Assembly: GCA_964570855.1 (NCBI GenBank)
Contig: CAZMZR010000003.1
Location: forward strand, 4,684-68,683
DNA from: an uncultured Pirellulales bacterium
GTDB lineage: Bacteria > Planctomycetota > Phycisphaerae > Sedimentisphaerales > Anaerobacaceae
Reading direction: 5' to 3'
Length of the DNA stretch: 64,000 nucleotides
The notes under the pieces are model-generated. The model saw nothing but the letters and a program-made list of their open reading frames with translations, did no database searches and was not told the origin of the DNA. The position numbers and the translations under genes are program-made. Shown here one piece after another: positions 35,457 through 45,060 of the stretch (position 1 is its first letter; each line of letters starts with the position of its first letter).

Positions 35457-36782
35457 ATGGTCAGTGGCAAAGAAACATCCAAATTTACCGATGAATTACT
35501 CTTTCCTAAAATCTTTCAAACTTTCCGTATGGCTATACAACCAACCAAATTTATTATTACATTCTCGGCCCTTGCTATCATAAGCCTGTCCGGCTGGCTG
35601 ATGGATTTCAGCAAGACCGTTTGTGTAGCCCATAACAGTGCCGGTGAAACCCTATCAACAGAGTTGCAGATTTATATGATGGATCCGACACAAGTCAATT
35701 TTTTCATTGAAAATTATAAGGGACAACAACAAGGCGAAGGAGTATTCTCTACACTATGGCATTTCGGCTCACAAAAGTACCATAACAGCCTGAAAGAACT
35801 TTTCGAATTGAACTTTGCAAGTATCGTGACAAATCTGGCCGACTGTTTCACAGCTTTGAGATGGGCACTAAGATACCATTTAATCTACTGCATTATTTTT
35901 GCTGGTATAATACTTGCCGTAATTTCCATTGCCGGTGGTGCCATTTGTCGAATTTCTGCTTTGCAAGTCGCCCTGGGTGAAAAACCGGGTCTGACCGAGG
36001 CTCTGCGTTATAGCATAAAAAGATTTACAAGCTTTGTCACGGCACCTATAGCCCCGATTACTATAATTATCTTCATTGGTTTTTTTGTTTTTCTTTTAGG
36101 ATTGTTAGGGAATATTCCAAGGATCGGTGAATTACTGGTTGTTATCGGTTTGCCTTTGGCTTTAATTGCCGGTGTTCTTATCACCGTTGTTGTGATAGGA
36201 ACATTTGCAGGATTCAACCTGATGTTTCCTGCTGTAGCATACGACGGCTCCGACTGCTTTGACGCGATAAGTCGTTCCTTTAGCTATGTTTACGCAAGAC
36301 CATGGCGGATGCTTTTCTACACTTCAATCGCCTTGGTTTATGGTTCAATTTGTTATATATTCGTTCGGTTTTTTGCTTTTTTATCACTCTTGATCTGCCA
36401 CTGGTTTTTGCGACTCGGATTATGGGCAAAAAACGGCAGTCTCGAAACCAATAAACTCGACGCTATATGGCCGGAACCGGAATTTATGAAGTTAATGGAT
36501 CCTTCAGGCCTAATCATAACAAACTGGACGGAAAAAGCGGCGGCCTTTCTGATTTACTTATTCCTTCTGGCTGTTATCGGTTTGGTAGTCTCTTTCATTA
36601 TTAATTTTTACTTCTCTGCCAACACTATCATCTATTCGCTTCTACGTAATAAAGTTGATAATACCGCTTTGGAGGATATTTATACACCTTCCGATAAAAT
36701 AGAAACAGAACTAAATATGAAGGATATTGAATTTCAACAAAACTCACAGGAATCAGAGCCGGGAGAACAAACTGATTCTTAA
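35457..36782 (+). CDS. hypothetical multi-pass membrane protein
   Basis: At least 7 hydrophobic segments, acidic C-terminal tail. Start set at ATG 35457, preceded by AAAGGAG (35445-35451). Confidence 0.5.
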   Translation: MVSGKETSKFTDELLFPKIFQTFRMAIQPTKFIITFSALAIISLSGWLMDFSKTVCVAHNSAGETLSTELQIYMMDPTQVNFFIENYKGQQQGEGVFSTLWHFGSQKYHNSLKELFELNFASIVTNLADCFTALRWALRYHLIYCIIFAGIILAVISIAGGAICRISALQVALGEKPGLTEALRYSIKRFTSFVTAPIAPITIIIFIGFFVFLLGLLGNIPRIGELLVVIGLPLALIAGVLITVVVIGTFAGFNLMFPAVAYDGSDCFDAISRSFSYVYARPWRMLFYTSIALVYGSICYIFVRFFAFLSLLICHWFLRLGLWAKNGSLETNKLDAIWPEPEFMKLMDPSGLIITNWTEKAAAFLIYLFLLAVIGLVVSFIINFYFSANTIIYSLLRNKVDNTALEDIYTPSDKIETELNMKDIEFQQNSQESEPGEQTDS

Positions 36783-36863
36783 ACGCCATAGCAATAATAG
36801 AGGAAGCTTATTATTTATTTATAAATACAACTGAAGTTTTAGGAACTGTATTGCCAAGCGAAA

Positions 36864-38852
36864 ATGCCCGAGACGAACATAAACAAACAATTAAGCATTA
36901 AAAAACAAAACCAGCCGCAATTCCCAACTGCCCCCCCTGCTGTATTACTTCGTTTCCGCAGGTCATTAATCGTAATTACTCATATTTTTGTTTTTGCCGC
37001 TTCATTGATGCTCTCATTTCTTGTTATACATAATATGCAGTTCAAGCATGCATGGTTCATTGATATATATCCTATCTTGCTCCTGTTTATGCTCGTCGTT
37101 AAGCTGCCTGTTTTCGGCCTTTTCAAACAATACAGAGGCTGGTGGAGATATGTCGGTATTTCAGACCTCATTGGTATCGTTCATGCGTCACTCATGAGCA
37201 CCTTAGTCATAGTAGTTGTATGGTTCATCCTCAGTAACACCAACTTTGCAATTAAATATCTTCCTCCGGGTATGGCCGAACCTGCTGAAGGCGTCTGTAT
37301 TGCTGATTTGTTTGCTACAGTTTTGCTTCTGGCAGGGCTGCGAATGATTATACGGCTATATTACGAGGCGTCCCGCACAGTCGAGGTCGGAAGGCTTAGA
37401 AGATTTCTTATAATCGGCGCAGGCAATGCCGGCGAAGCGTTACTTCGAGAAATACACAGAATGCCTGTTGTACAATATGAAGTAATAGGTCTCATCGATG
37501 ACGACCCTGCCAAGCAGGGCACTCACATTCATGGAATATCTGTTCTCGGTACGGTAGAGCAACTACCTGGAATCTGCAAGGATCACAATATCGAAGAAAT
37601 AGCTATTGCAATGCCTTCGGCAAGCCACCGACAACTCAGACGCGTCATTCAGGTCTGCGAAGGTACAAAAATCAGATTTCGCACCGTACCCCATATCACC
37701 GATATTGCTTCCGGTAAATTTCGTGTCTCCCAGATTCGAGATGTCGATATAAACGACTTATTGGGTAGAGAAACTGTGCAGCTTGAATTGGATTCGATAG
37801 AAGCTTATGCAAAAGAAAAAACAATTCTTGTCACCGGCGCCGGCGGCTCCATAGGCTCGGAATTGTGCCGTCAGCTATGCAATTTCAAACCTAAACTTCT
37901 TTTGCTCGTCGAACAGGCCGAAAATCCGCTTTTCTATATAGAAAGGGAGTTAAGAACACGATTTCCAGCGGTCGATATCGAAACGCTTATTTGCAATATC
38001 ACAGACAAGAACAGCCTTGAGCAAATATTCGACAGGTATAATCCGCAGGTTGTGATTCATGCCGCCGCTCACAAACATGTCCCTTTAATGGAGCTTAACG
38101 CCACACAGGCGATAATTAATAATATCGTCGGTACACAAGTTGTTGCAGATGCATCAGAGAAATTCGATACAACAAATTTTGTCATGATAAGTACGGATAA
38201 AGCCGTCAATCCAACCAGTATAATGGGCTCATCCAAACGGATTGCTGAAATGTATATTCAGGATCTCAGCAGAACGAGCAAAACACATTTTGTCACTGTA
38301 CGTTTCGGCAATGTTCTCGACTCCGAAGGTTCTGTTGTACCTATTTTCAAAAAGCAAATAGCTCAGGGTGGTCCGGTAACCGTTACACATCCTGAAATGA
38401 AACGTTATTTTATGACCATCCCGGAGGCAAGTCAGCTCGTCCTTCAGGCGGCTGCCATGGGAAAAGGCGGAGAAATCTTCGTTTTGGATATGGGTGAGCC
38501 GGTAAAGATCGTAGATCTGGCAAGAGAGCTTATCACACTCAGTGGCTTCAGACCTGGTGAAGATATTGAAATAGATTTTACCGGCCCCAGACCCGGTGAG
38601 AAACTGTTTGAAGAACTGTCCATAGAAGGCGAAGATATGCAGAGAACAAGGCATCCAAAAATTAGTATATGGAAAAACATACCAATGGAGCGTGATAAAC
38701 TTCGCATCGGTATAAAAGAATTAATAACACTCGCTAAAACATATAAACGCACAGAAATAATAGAAAAAATTAAAGAACTTATACCTGAATATATAAGTTC
38801 TGAATTGTCTCTGGAACAAATAAATTGCAAAAAAAGTAATAAGAATAACTAA
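36864..38852 (+). CDS. membrane-bound nucleotide-sugar 4,6-dehydratase/epimerase (CapD/PglF/WbpM family)
   Basis: Four N-terminal TM helices. Rossmann motifs IIGAGNAGEAL and VTGAGGSIGSEL. STDKAVNP block. Confidence 0.85.
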   Translation: MPETNINKQLSIKKQNQPQFPTAPPAVLLRFRRSLIVITHIFVFAASLMLSFLVIHNMQFKHAWFIDIYPILLLFMLVVKLPVFGLFKQYRGWWRYVGISDLIGIVHASLMSTLVIVVVWFILSNTNFAIKYLPPGMAEPAEGVCIADLFATVLLLAGLRMIIRLYYEASRTVEVGRLRRFLIIGAGNAGEALLREIHRMPVVQYEVIGLIDDDPAKQGTHIHGISVLGTVEQLPGICKDHNIEEIAIAMPSASHRQLRRVIQVCEGTKIRFRTVPHITDIASGKFRVSQIRDVDINDLLGRETVQLELDSIEAYAKEKTILVTGAGGSIGSELCRQLCNFKPKLLLLVEQAENPLFYIERELRTRFPAVDIETLICNITDKNSLEQIFDRYNPQVVIHAAAHKHVPLMELNATQAIINNIVGTQVVADASEKFDTTNFVMISTDKAVNPTSIMGSSKRIAEMYIQDLSRTSKTHFVTVRFGNVLDSEGSVVPIFKKQIAQGGPVTVTHPEMKRYFMTIPEASQLVLQAAAMGKGGEIFVLDMGEPVKIVDLARELITLSGFRPGEDIEIDFTGPRPGEKLFEELSIEGEDMQRTRHPKISIWKNIPMERDKLRIGIKELITLAKTYKRTEIIEKIKELIPEYISSELSLEQINCKKSNKNN

Positions 38853-39347
38853 AATGAGCCTTCAATCTCATTTATTAAACTATTCTTTGCTTTCAGCCTG
38901 AAGGTATGATTATAAACCTATTGGGTATATAATATATCCAGTTTTACTCAAATATACCCCCTATATTACGAATTAAGAAAATGCATAATATGCCCATTTT
39001 AACATATTTTTATTCGGTCTTTTTCCCCCCTTTATCATACCGAAAAATATTTAATCCTGTCTCTCCATATATATTTTCGGACTATCTTTAAAAATCATCG
39101 ATTTTATATTAAAAATTAGTCTTAAAATCCCCATAGTATGACTTTCATCGAATAAATGTAACAATCAGAAATAATTTAAATAAATTCCTTTATCATCACT
39201 ATTTAGTCACATTTACTGTTTATTTTTAGATATAAATACTTAAAGCTTCTCAATCCATTTAATTCACTTCCTTATCGGTGTATTATCTCCTAATATACAT
39301 GTTATCTGCCCATTTGTAAATGTCGATATAATACGTAATTACCCAAA

Positions 39348-39376
39348 TTGACTACTTTAGCCATATGTGGTATAAT
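39348..39376 (+). promoter_or_regulatory. near-consensus sigma-70 promoter TTGACT-17nt-TGgTATAAT
   Basis: TTGACT 39348-39353, TG 39368-39369, TATAAT 39371-39376. Downstream RBS AGGAGG 39429-39434, then ATG 39443. Confidence 0.55.
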
Positions 39377-39442
39377 ACAAAATATATTCTATGAGTTATT
39401 TATTTATATTATCATTATCTTAAGAGTTAGGAGGCCGATAAA

Positions 39443-41245
39443 ATGAATGCTTTAAGAATTTCACAGACATGGAGATTAATCTCTATACTGATTATAGTCT
39501 TCCTTTTTAGTTTTCCCATACAAGCTCAATACGGCGGTGGTACAGGAGAGCAGAATAATCCCTACCTTATCTTCTCAGCCGAACAAATGAATACTATCGG
39601 AGCAAATCCTATTGACTGGGACAAACACTTCCGACTCATGTCTGATATTGATATGACAAGTGACATAAAACCACTATTCAATATTATTGGAACCAAGGAA
39701 GAACCATTCACCGGTGTGTTTGATGGTAATAATTATAAAATCCTGTATTTCACCTATACTTTCATAGACACAAATAATGTTGGTCTTTTTGGCTATGTTG
39801 ATAATCCAAATACAGAAATTACAAACCTTGGATTGATTGATCCAAATATTGTTGCGGCAAACGGAACAAACGTTGGCTCTCTTGTCGGTCACCTTCGAAA
39901 TGGATCCATCAAACGCTGCTACGCTGAGGGTGGAGTTATTTATGGTAATAAGACTATCGGTGGTTTAGTTGGTTCCAATTATAACGGAATAATAACCGAA
40001 TGTTATGCTAATGTTGACATATCAGGAAATGAGAGAATAGGTGGCCTGGTCGGAGAGAACAAAAACGGCATAATCAGTGCTTGCTATGCCAACGGTAATG
40101 TTTACGGTGGTTATAATAGTCAATATATCGGCGGGCTGGTGGCAATCAACAATTCACTGATACATCATTGCTATGCTACCGGCATGGTATCCGCTGAGGA
40201 GGGAAGTATCTTTATAAGCGGGCTGGTGGCGTACAGCCTACCGGATACTATAAATAATTGTTTCTGGGATGAAGAAACAAGCGGCATTCAAGAAAACAAA
40301 ATATTAACCGTTGAAGAAGGAATTGGTCTGACAACTACCCAGATGTATAACTCTAACACTTTTATGGATGCCGGATGGGATTTTATGGACGAGATCCAAA
40401 ACGGCACGGAAGATATCTGGTGGATTAATGAAGGTCAGGACTACCCCCGATTGTTGTGGGAATTGACTCAAGATGTGGAATATGAGTCTTTATCCGTGAG
40501 AACCGCGCTGGCAGACAATGAATCAACTTCCGAAGAGTCTGCTGATGAAGTATATAGCGACACTTCTACTGTTACTGAATACTTCACAGAACGATTTACT
40601 TCTGGTTCTGATTCCTTCGATCTATCGAATAAATCAATCATGTTCACCCCAACTACAGACGGTACATATTACAGTTTTTCCGTACAGAATATTACAGAAT
40701 TACCGACCAATCCCATAGGGGGTACAAAACTGGTATTGACTGACGATAGTTACAAGGATGCGCGCCTGAGCGATCAAAAAAAGTTAAAAATCTTTGGCTA
40801 CAATTATGAAAGATTCTTTGTCGGAAGTAACGGTTATATCACTTTTAACTTCGGAGATACAAGCCGTAACAACATACTGATGAACCATTTTAACACAAAA
40901 CGTATATCTGTTTTATTCAATGACTTCGATCCATCCAGAAGAGGAGCAGTCAGATGGAAACAGTTGGAAGATCGAGCGGTTGTCACATGGGAAAATGTCT
41001 CAGAATATGTTCCGATTAATTCCAATACATTCCAGGTTGAAATGTATTATGATGGAAAGATACAGCTTGCCTGGCTTGATATTGCAGCCAGCAATGGCAT
41101 TGTAGGTTTATCAAGGGGAACTGTTATGCCGGAGGATTTTCAGGAAACAGATTTTTCAGAACATATCCCACCATCAGATCAGGGCGGTGAGCCGGATACT
41201 GATACTCCGGGAAGTAGTTCGGGAAGAAGAAACAGAAAGAAGTAA
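39443..41245 (+). CDS. secreted GLUG-motif repeat protein
   Basis: Signal peptide (LISILIIVFLFSFPIQAQ). Six (I/V)GGLVG...CYA units. Uncharacterised C-terminal half. Basic tail SSGRRNRKK. Confidence 0.7.
   Translation: MNALRISQTWRLISILIIVFLFSFPIQAQYGGGTGEQNNPYLIFSAEQMNTIGANPIDWDKHFRLMSDIDMTSDIKPLFNIIGTKEEPFTGVFDGNNYKILYFTYTFIDTNNVGLFGYVDNPNTEITNLGLIDPNIVAANGTNVGSLVGHLRNGSIKRCYAEGGVIYGNKTIGGLVGSNYNGIITECYANVDISGNERIGGLVGENKNGIISACYANGNVYGGYNSQYIGGLVAINNSLIHHCYATGMVSAEEGSIFISGLVAYSLPDTINNCFWDEETSGIQENKILTVEEGIGLTTTQMYNSNTFMDAGWDFMDEIQNGTEDIWWINEGQDYPRLLWELTQDVEYESLSVRTALADNESTSEESADEVYSDTSTVTEYFTERFTSGSDSFDLSNKSIMFTPTTDGTYYSFSVQNITELPTNPIGGTKLVLTDDSYKDARLSDQKKLKIFGYNYERFFVGSNGYITFNFGDTSRNNILMNHFNTKRISVLFNDFDPSRRGAVRWKQLEDRAVVTWENVSEYVPINSNTFQVEMYYDGKIQLAWLDIAASNGIVGLSRGTVMPEDFQETDFSEHIPPSDQGGEPDTDTPGSSSGRRNRKK
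39779..40270 (+). repeat. tandem GLUG-motif units within the CDS
   Basis: VGLFGYV, VGSLVGHLRNGSIKRCYA, IGGLVGSNYNGIITECYA, IGGLVGENKNGIISACYA, IGGLVAINNSLIHHCYA, ISGLVAYSLPDTINNCFW. Confidence 0.6.
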
Positions 41246-41371
41246 CTATCTTAAGCTATCAGATATTCCTTCTTTCTAATGAGTTAATATAAAACATTTT
41301 AGGCATAAATTAAGCTGATTTTAATGATAGCATCTTATTAGTAAGAGATTAATAAAGAAGGCAGGTATATT

Positions 41372-42232
41372 ATGCAGATTGGAACAATCTTTTTAGAGTT
41401 CATAAATAAAAAATATTTCCGGCTGCTTAGCTTCACGCTCATAGTAATAATTTTATCCGGTTCAGAAGCTTTTGCCCTGGATCCAATGGGCCCACCAACT
41501 ACCGGTCTGATGGAAGGTCAGTATGAATTCGGAATTGATTACTCCAACAGCACAATGGACCTTAAATTGGAAGGTGGCAAATATACTGAATGGAATCATA
41601 CTACAAGTGTAACAGAATCAGGAGAGGCTGAATCGTTCACACTTAAAGACTTTGAAATGAACAAAATATATACCCATCTCGGGTACGGCATCTGGGATTA
41701 TTGTGATATGTTCTTACGCTTAGGTATAGTGAACGCCGAATTCGGTGATTCGATCTGGGAAGCAGGAGAAAAATTTGACAACCAGTCAGATATCACATTT
41801 TGCATCGGTTCTCGGGCGACCTTTTATGAGGAGGGCAATCTCAAAATAGGTAGAATTATTCAGCTTAGCTGGGCTAACCTGGCTGGGCGCTTAAAATCAC
41901 CACAATGGACGGAAGATGAGTCGAGTGACATCGAACTAATCGAAATACAAGCCGCTATAGGTCCGACATACACCACGGAAAATGGAATTTCGTTTTACGG
42001 TGGACCTTTCTTCCATTTTGTCAGCGGTGATATAGAAGAAAAATACAACGATATTAACGAGTATGGGGAAGACATAACGGCGAAATATACATGGGATATC
42101 AATGCAACCTCAAATTTCGGCGGTTATATCGGCGTACAGTTGGATGACGGCGAATATACTTTCCTCAACATCGAATACCAATGCACATCAGGAGCCGATT
42201 TATATAGTTTTAACCTAATCTACAGATTCTAA
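41372..42232 (+). CDS. putative outer-membrane beta-barrel protein
   Basis: Signal peptide ending AFA-LD. Alternating aromatic/Gly-rich strands. C-terminal ...NLIYRF (terminal Phe). Confidence 0.5.
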   Translation: MQIGTIFLEFINKKYFRLLSFTLIVIILSGSEAFALDPMGPPTTGLMEGQYEFGIDYSNSTMDLKLEGGKYTEWNHTTSVTESGEAESFTLKDFEMNKIYTHLGYGIWDYCDMFLRLGIVNAEFGDSIWEAGEKFDNQSDITFCIGSRATFYEEGNLKIGRIIQLSWANLAGRLKSPQWTEDESSDIELIEIQAAIGPTYTTENGISFYGGPFFHFVSGDIEEKYNDINEYGEDITAKYTWDINATSNFGGYIGVQLDDGEYTFLNIEYQCTSGADLYSFNLIYRF

Positions 42233-42387
42233 CTTGAACAGTGCTTTTGGCGGAATTAGAAAAAAGGAAAAAGAGAAATATCCGCCACCTTTATCAACAA
42301 GCAAATTCATTTAATAATTTACCAGCTACCTGTTGTACCGCTATCCGATTGTACCTTTGGTAGAATAGCCGATTGTAATGAGCGCAT

Positions 42388-42425
42388 AAAAAACCCCCGT
42401 GCTGTTCCGGGGGTTTCTTTTTCTG
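42388..42425. terminator. bidirectional intrinsic terminator
   Basis: AAACCCCCG (42391-42399) / CGGGGGTTT (42408-42416) form a 9-bp stem with an 8-nt loop. An A-run lies upstream and CTTTTTCT downstream. Sits between the convergent barrel and recombinase genes. Confidence 0.75.
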
Positions 42426-42442
42426 AAGTATTTTACCGTCGT

Positions 42443-43471
42443 TTAGTTTTTCAATGGATTCATATCGTTTCCATCGTTTCCATCGTTTCGAGGATGGGCG
42501 TTTTCATAGACCTCTTTGAGTCTTGTTGTCGTAAGATGTGTGTAAACCTGCGTTGTTGACAGTGATTGATGGCCGAGCAATTCCTGGACGCTTCTCAAAT
42601 CCGCACCATTATTAAGCATGTGTGTTGCAAAACTATGCCGCAGGGTATGAGGGCTGATAGCAGGATCAAGGCCCGCCATCTTTAAGTATTTATCCATCTT
42701 TCGGCGAACACTTCGAGTACTCAATCGTCGGCCATGTTTATTCACAAAAAGAACCTTCGGATCGAAATTATTGTTATTCTGAGCCCGTTTATTTCTGAAT
42801 TCCATATAATGTTGTATAGTCTGCAGGGCAGAGGCTCCGATTGGCGTAATCCTTTCTTTTTTACCCTTGCCTCTGACATGCACAACCTCGCCGAGGAAAT
42901 CGATATCCTCCATATTCAGTGCTACAAGCTCACTGACTCTTATACCTGTGCTGTATAGTGTTTCCAGGATTGCTCTGTCTCTCGCTCCGAGCCAGGTATT
43001 CATAGGTGGCGTATCAAGCAGTCTCTTTACTTCTTCATATTCGAGAAATTTCGGCAGCTTTTTATCCTGCTTCGGTGTTCTAACGGCCGTTACCGGATTT
43101 GCGCTGACATGATTTCTTTTCACAAGAAATTTATAGAAGCTTCTCAACGTCGCCAGCTTACGCGCTATCGTTGCTTTTGAGTAAACTTTTTCATTTAGGT
43201 AAGCAAGATATGCTCTGATGGAATCCGTACCTGTCGACAGTAGCAATTGGTCGATCCTAAGATCGACCTTCATTGCAACCGCCGTTGCAGGACCGCCATT
43301 ATCGAACGAAATAGATTCGCCCTCAGACCGGCCATCTTCCGGAGTTCCACATAGAAACTCACCAAATTGGGACAAATCAGCCCCGTAGCATTTTGCAGTG
43401 TGCTCGGAAAAACGTCTCTCATACTTCAAGTAATCTAAGAACTTCTGGATAATCATGCTTTCTTCTATCAT
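42443..43471 (-). CDS. tyrosine recombinase XerC/XerD family
   Basis: RAILETLYSTGIRVSEL, HTLRHSFATHML, LGHQSLSTTQVYTH (catalytic R..HxxR..Y). SAM-like N-terminal domain with an insertion of about 40 aa. Confidence 0.85.
   Translation of the reverse strand: MIEESMIIQKFLDYLKYERRFSEHTAKCYGADLSQFGEFLCGTPEDGRSEGESISFDNGGPATAVAMKVDLRIDQLLLSTGTDSIRAYLAYLNEKVYSKATIARKLATLRSFYKFLVKRNHVSANPVTAVRTPKQDKKLPKFLEYEEVKRLLDTPPMNTWLGARDRAILETLYSTGIRVSELVALNMEDIDFLGEVVHVRGKGKKERITPIGASALQTIQHYMEFRNKRAQNNNNFDPKVLFVNKHGRRLSTRSVRRKMDKYLKMAGLDPAISPHTLRHSFATHMLNNGADLRSVQELLGHQSLSTTQVYTHLTTTRLKEVYENAHPRNDGNDGNDMNPLKN
42464..42490. repeat. 3 x 9-bp tandem repeat ATCGTTTCC (third copy ends in G)
   Basis: Read directly. 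Encodes NDGNDGND in the C-terminal tail of the recombinase. Confidence 0.9.
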
Positions 43472-43553
43472 AATTTACCTGTCTATATTAAGGTTCTCTT
43501 TCTAAAAACTACAACGTCAATTGTTTTCTCCAACATTGCGGATTCCATTTGAA

Positions 43554-43793
43554 CTAATTAACATTAAACTGATGATCTTTGTTTTCTCCCAAGAGTTCGT
43601 CCGCCCGGCCAACAAGCAACTGTGTTAGTTTAAAACTTAGCACCGCCGCATCAAACCAATCGAAGTTCGTGCGATTATCCTTGGCCTGATCAATTAGGGC
43701 GTCCAATAATTCACCTTCATTTCCGTTCTCGTAACGAAAAATGAACTTCTCTGCTCCCTTATGTAAAACAAGTTGATGCCTTATTTTATGCAT
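43554..43793 (-). CDS. hypothetical protein (79 aa)
   Basis: ORF only. Co-directional with its neighbours. No motif recognised. Confidence 0.35.
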   Translation of the reverse strand: MHKIRHQLVLHKGAEKFIFRYENGNEGELLDALIDQAKDNRTNFDWFDAAVLSFKLTQLLVGRADELLGENKDHQFNVN

Positions 43794-44062
43794 TGAAATT
43801 AAATATTCCGTCCATTAGAAACCTTCCTGAAAAACCAAATCCATTCTTCACTTTCCTATTCCTAAGTACTTGCGATAAAACCGACTCTTTGGTAAACGGT
43901 ACAAGGCTTTTATCGGCCAATACTTGTTCAGGCTTTACAAATTGAATGAGAATAGATGTAAATTAACAGGAATTTTTTTCTGATTATTTTGATGATATGT
44001 TGGATCCGCTTTCATGCGGAAGTGAATTCTATTCTTCAGGTGGGCCTTTAACTTTGCATTTA

Positions 44063-45028
44063 TCAGGATTTGACTTTGAAAAAGGTCTTTCCCCCTTTTT
44101 GTTCGAAACCAATAGCACCTTTTTGCTTAAGGATAGTGACATATTTTAGCGCCTCATTGGGGCCGATGCGCATAGACGAACATATATCATCCAGCGAACA
44201 GGGTCTGCGTTTCAGCATTGAAAACAGGGTTTCCGTTTTACCCTTTACCTCTAAACGCAATCCCAACGAATCACCCTGCTCATCGTCAAATTGGATACCG
44301 GAAAAATCAGATATTATCTCACAGTTCTCACCCAACTGTTCAGATATAGACTGGAGTTTCCGGGCATTTAGTTTCCTTAGACTCATTTCAGCCGTCGGGC
44401 GAACTGCTGTGTTGAGCTGAACCTTATCGGGACGAATACGTTGGATAATAGCCCTGATTTTAGCTATTTGCCCGGAATTGGTATTTATCGTATCAACTAA
44501 AAAAACCTCAAGCCATATCCGGCCGGCAAACTCTTCTCTAAATGAACATAATCCTGAAATATGCTTCTCAATACTAATATCTCGATGTGGACGGTTTATT
44601 CGACGAAAAGTTTGCTCGTCACCGGCATCAAGCGAAGGCAGTACAATATCAGCTCTTGCACATTCTTCTCGCACATCAGCCCTGTAAAACAATGTTCCGT
44701 TGGTAACTATAGCTATGGGGATATCCGTATTTTTTTTTATCTGGTCAATAATTTCACCCAAAAGGGAATTCAAGGTAGGTTCACCCGAACCGGCAATAGT
44801 AATATAATCTGTTTCCAGCCCTTTTTTTAATGTCTCCTTTAATTCGGCAATTATCGGTTCGAGAGGTACATAAGGCTTTCGCTCAATCGTTTTTTCAATT
44901 GTCTTACCGAGCTGGCAATAAATACAGTCGAGTGTACAGACCTTAAACGGCACAATATCAACACCGAAGCTCCTTCCCAATCTCCTGGAAGGCACAGGAC
45001 CATAAAAATATTTTTTTTCTTCGGTCAA
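44063..45028 (-). CDS. radical SAM protein with C-terminal winged-helix-like extension
   Basis: GPVPSRRLGRSFGVD...CTLDCIYCQ (CX3CX2C). GSGEPTL glycine-rich SAM motif. C-terminal part of about 70 aa looks wHTH-like. Confidence 0.8.
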   Translation of the reverse strand: MTEEKKYFYGPVPSRRLGRSFGVDIVPFKVCTLDCIYCQLGKTIEKTIERKPYVPLEPIIAELKETLKKGLETDYITIAGSGEPTLNSLLGEIIDQIKKNTDIPIAIVTNGTLFYRADVREECARADIVLPSLDAGDEQTFRRINRPHRDISIEKHISGLCSFREEFAGRIWLEVFLVDTINTNSGQIAKIRAIIQRIRPDKVQLNTAVRPTAEMSLRKLNARKLQSISEQLGENCEIISDFSGIQFDDEQGDSLGLRLEVKGKTETLFSMLKRRPCSLDDICSSMRIGPNEALKYVTILKQKGAIGFEQKGGKTFFKVKS

Positions 45029-45060
45029 TTAACAGACCCTTCCGTTATAAATCTCTTTAG

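Noticed and set aside
42443-43471. Tyrosine recombinase as a marker of an integrated mobile element
   Set aside because: Its motifs and length fit chromosomal XerC/XerD. There is no adjacent tRNA, and no att-like direct repeats flank the AT-rich block. The CCGATTGTA direct repeat at 42345/42369 is only 9 bp and both copies are on the same side. I kept only the weaker 'possible island' note in the findings.
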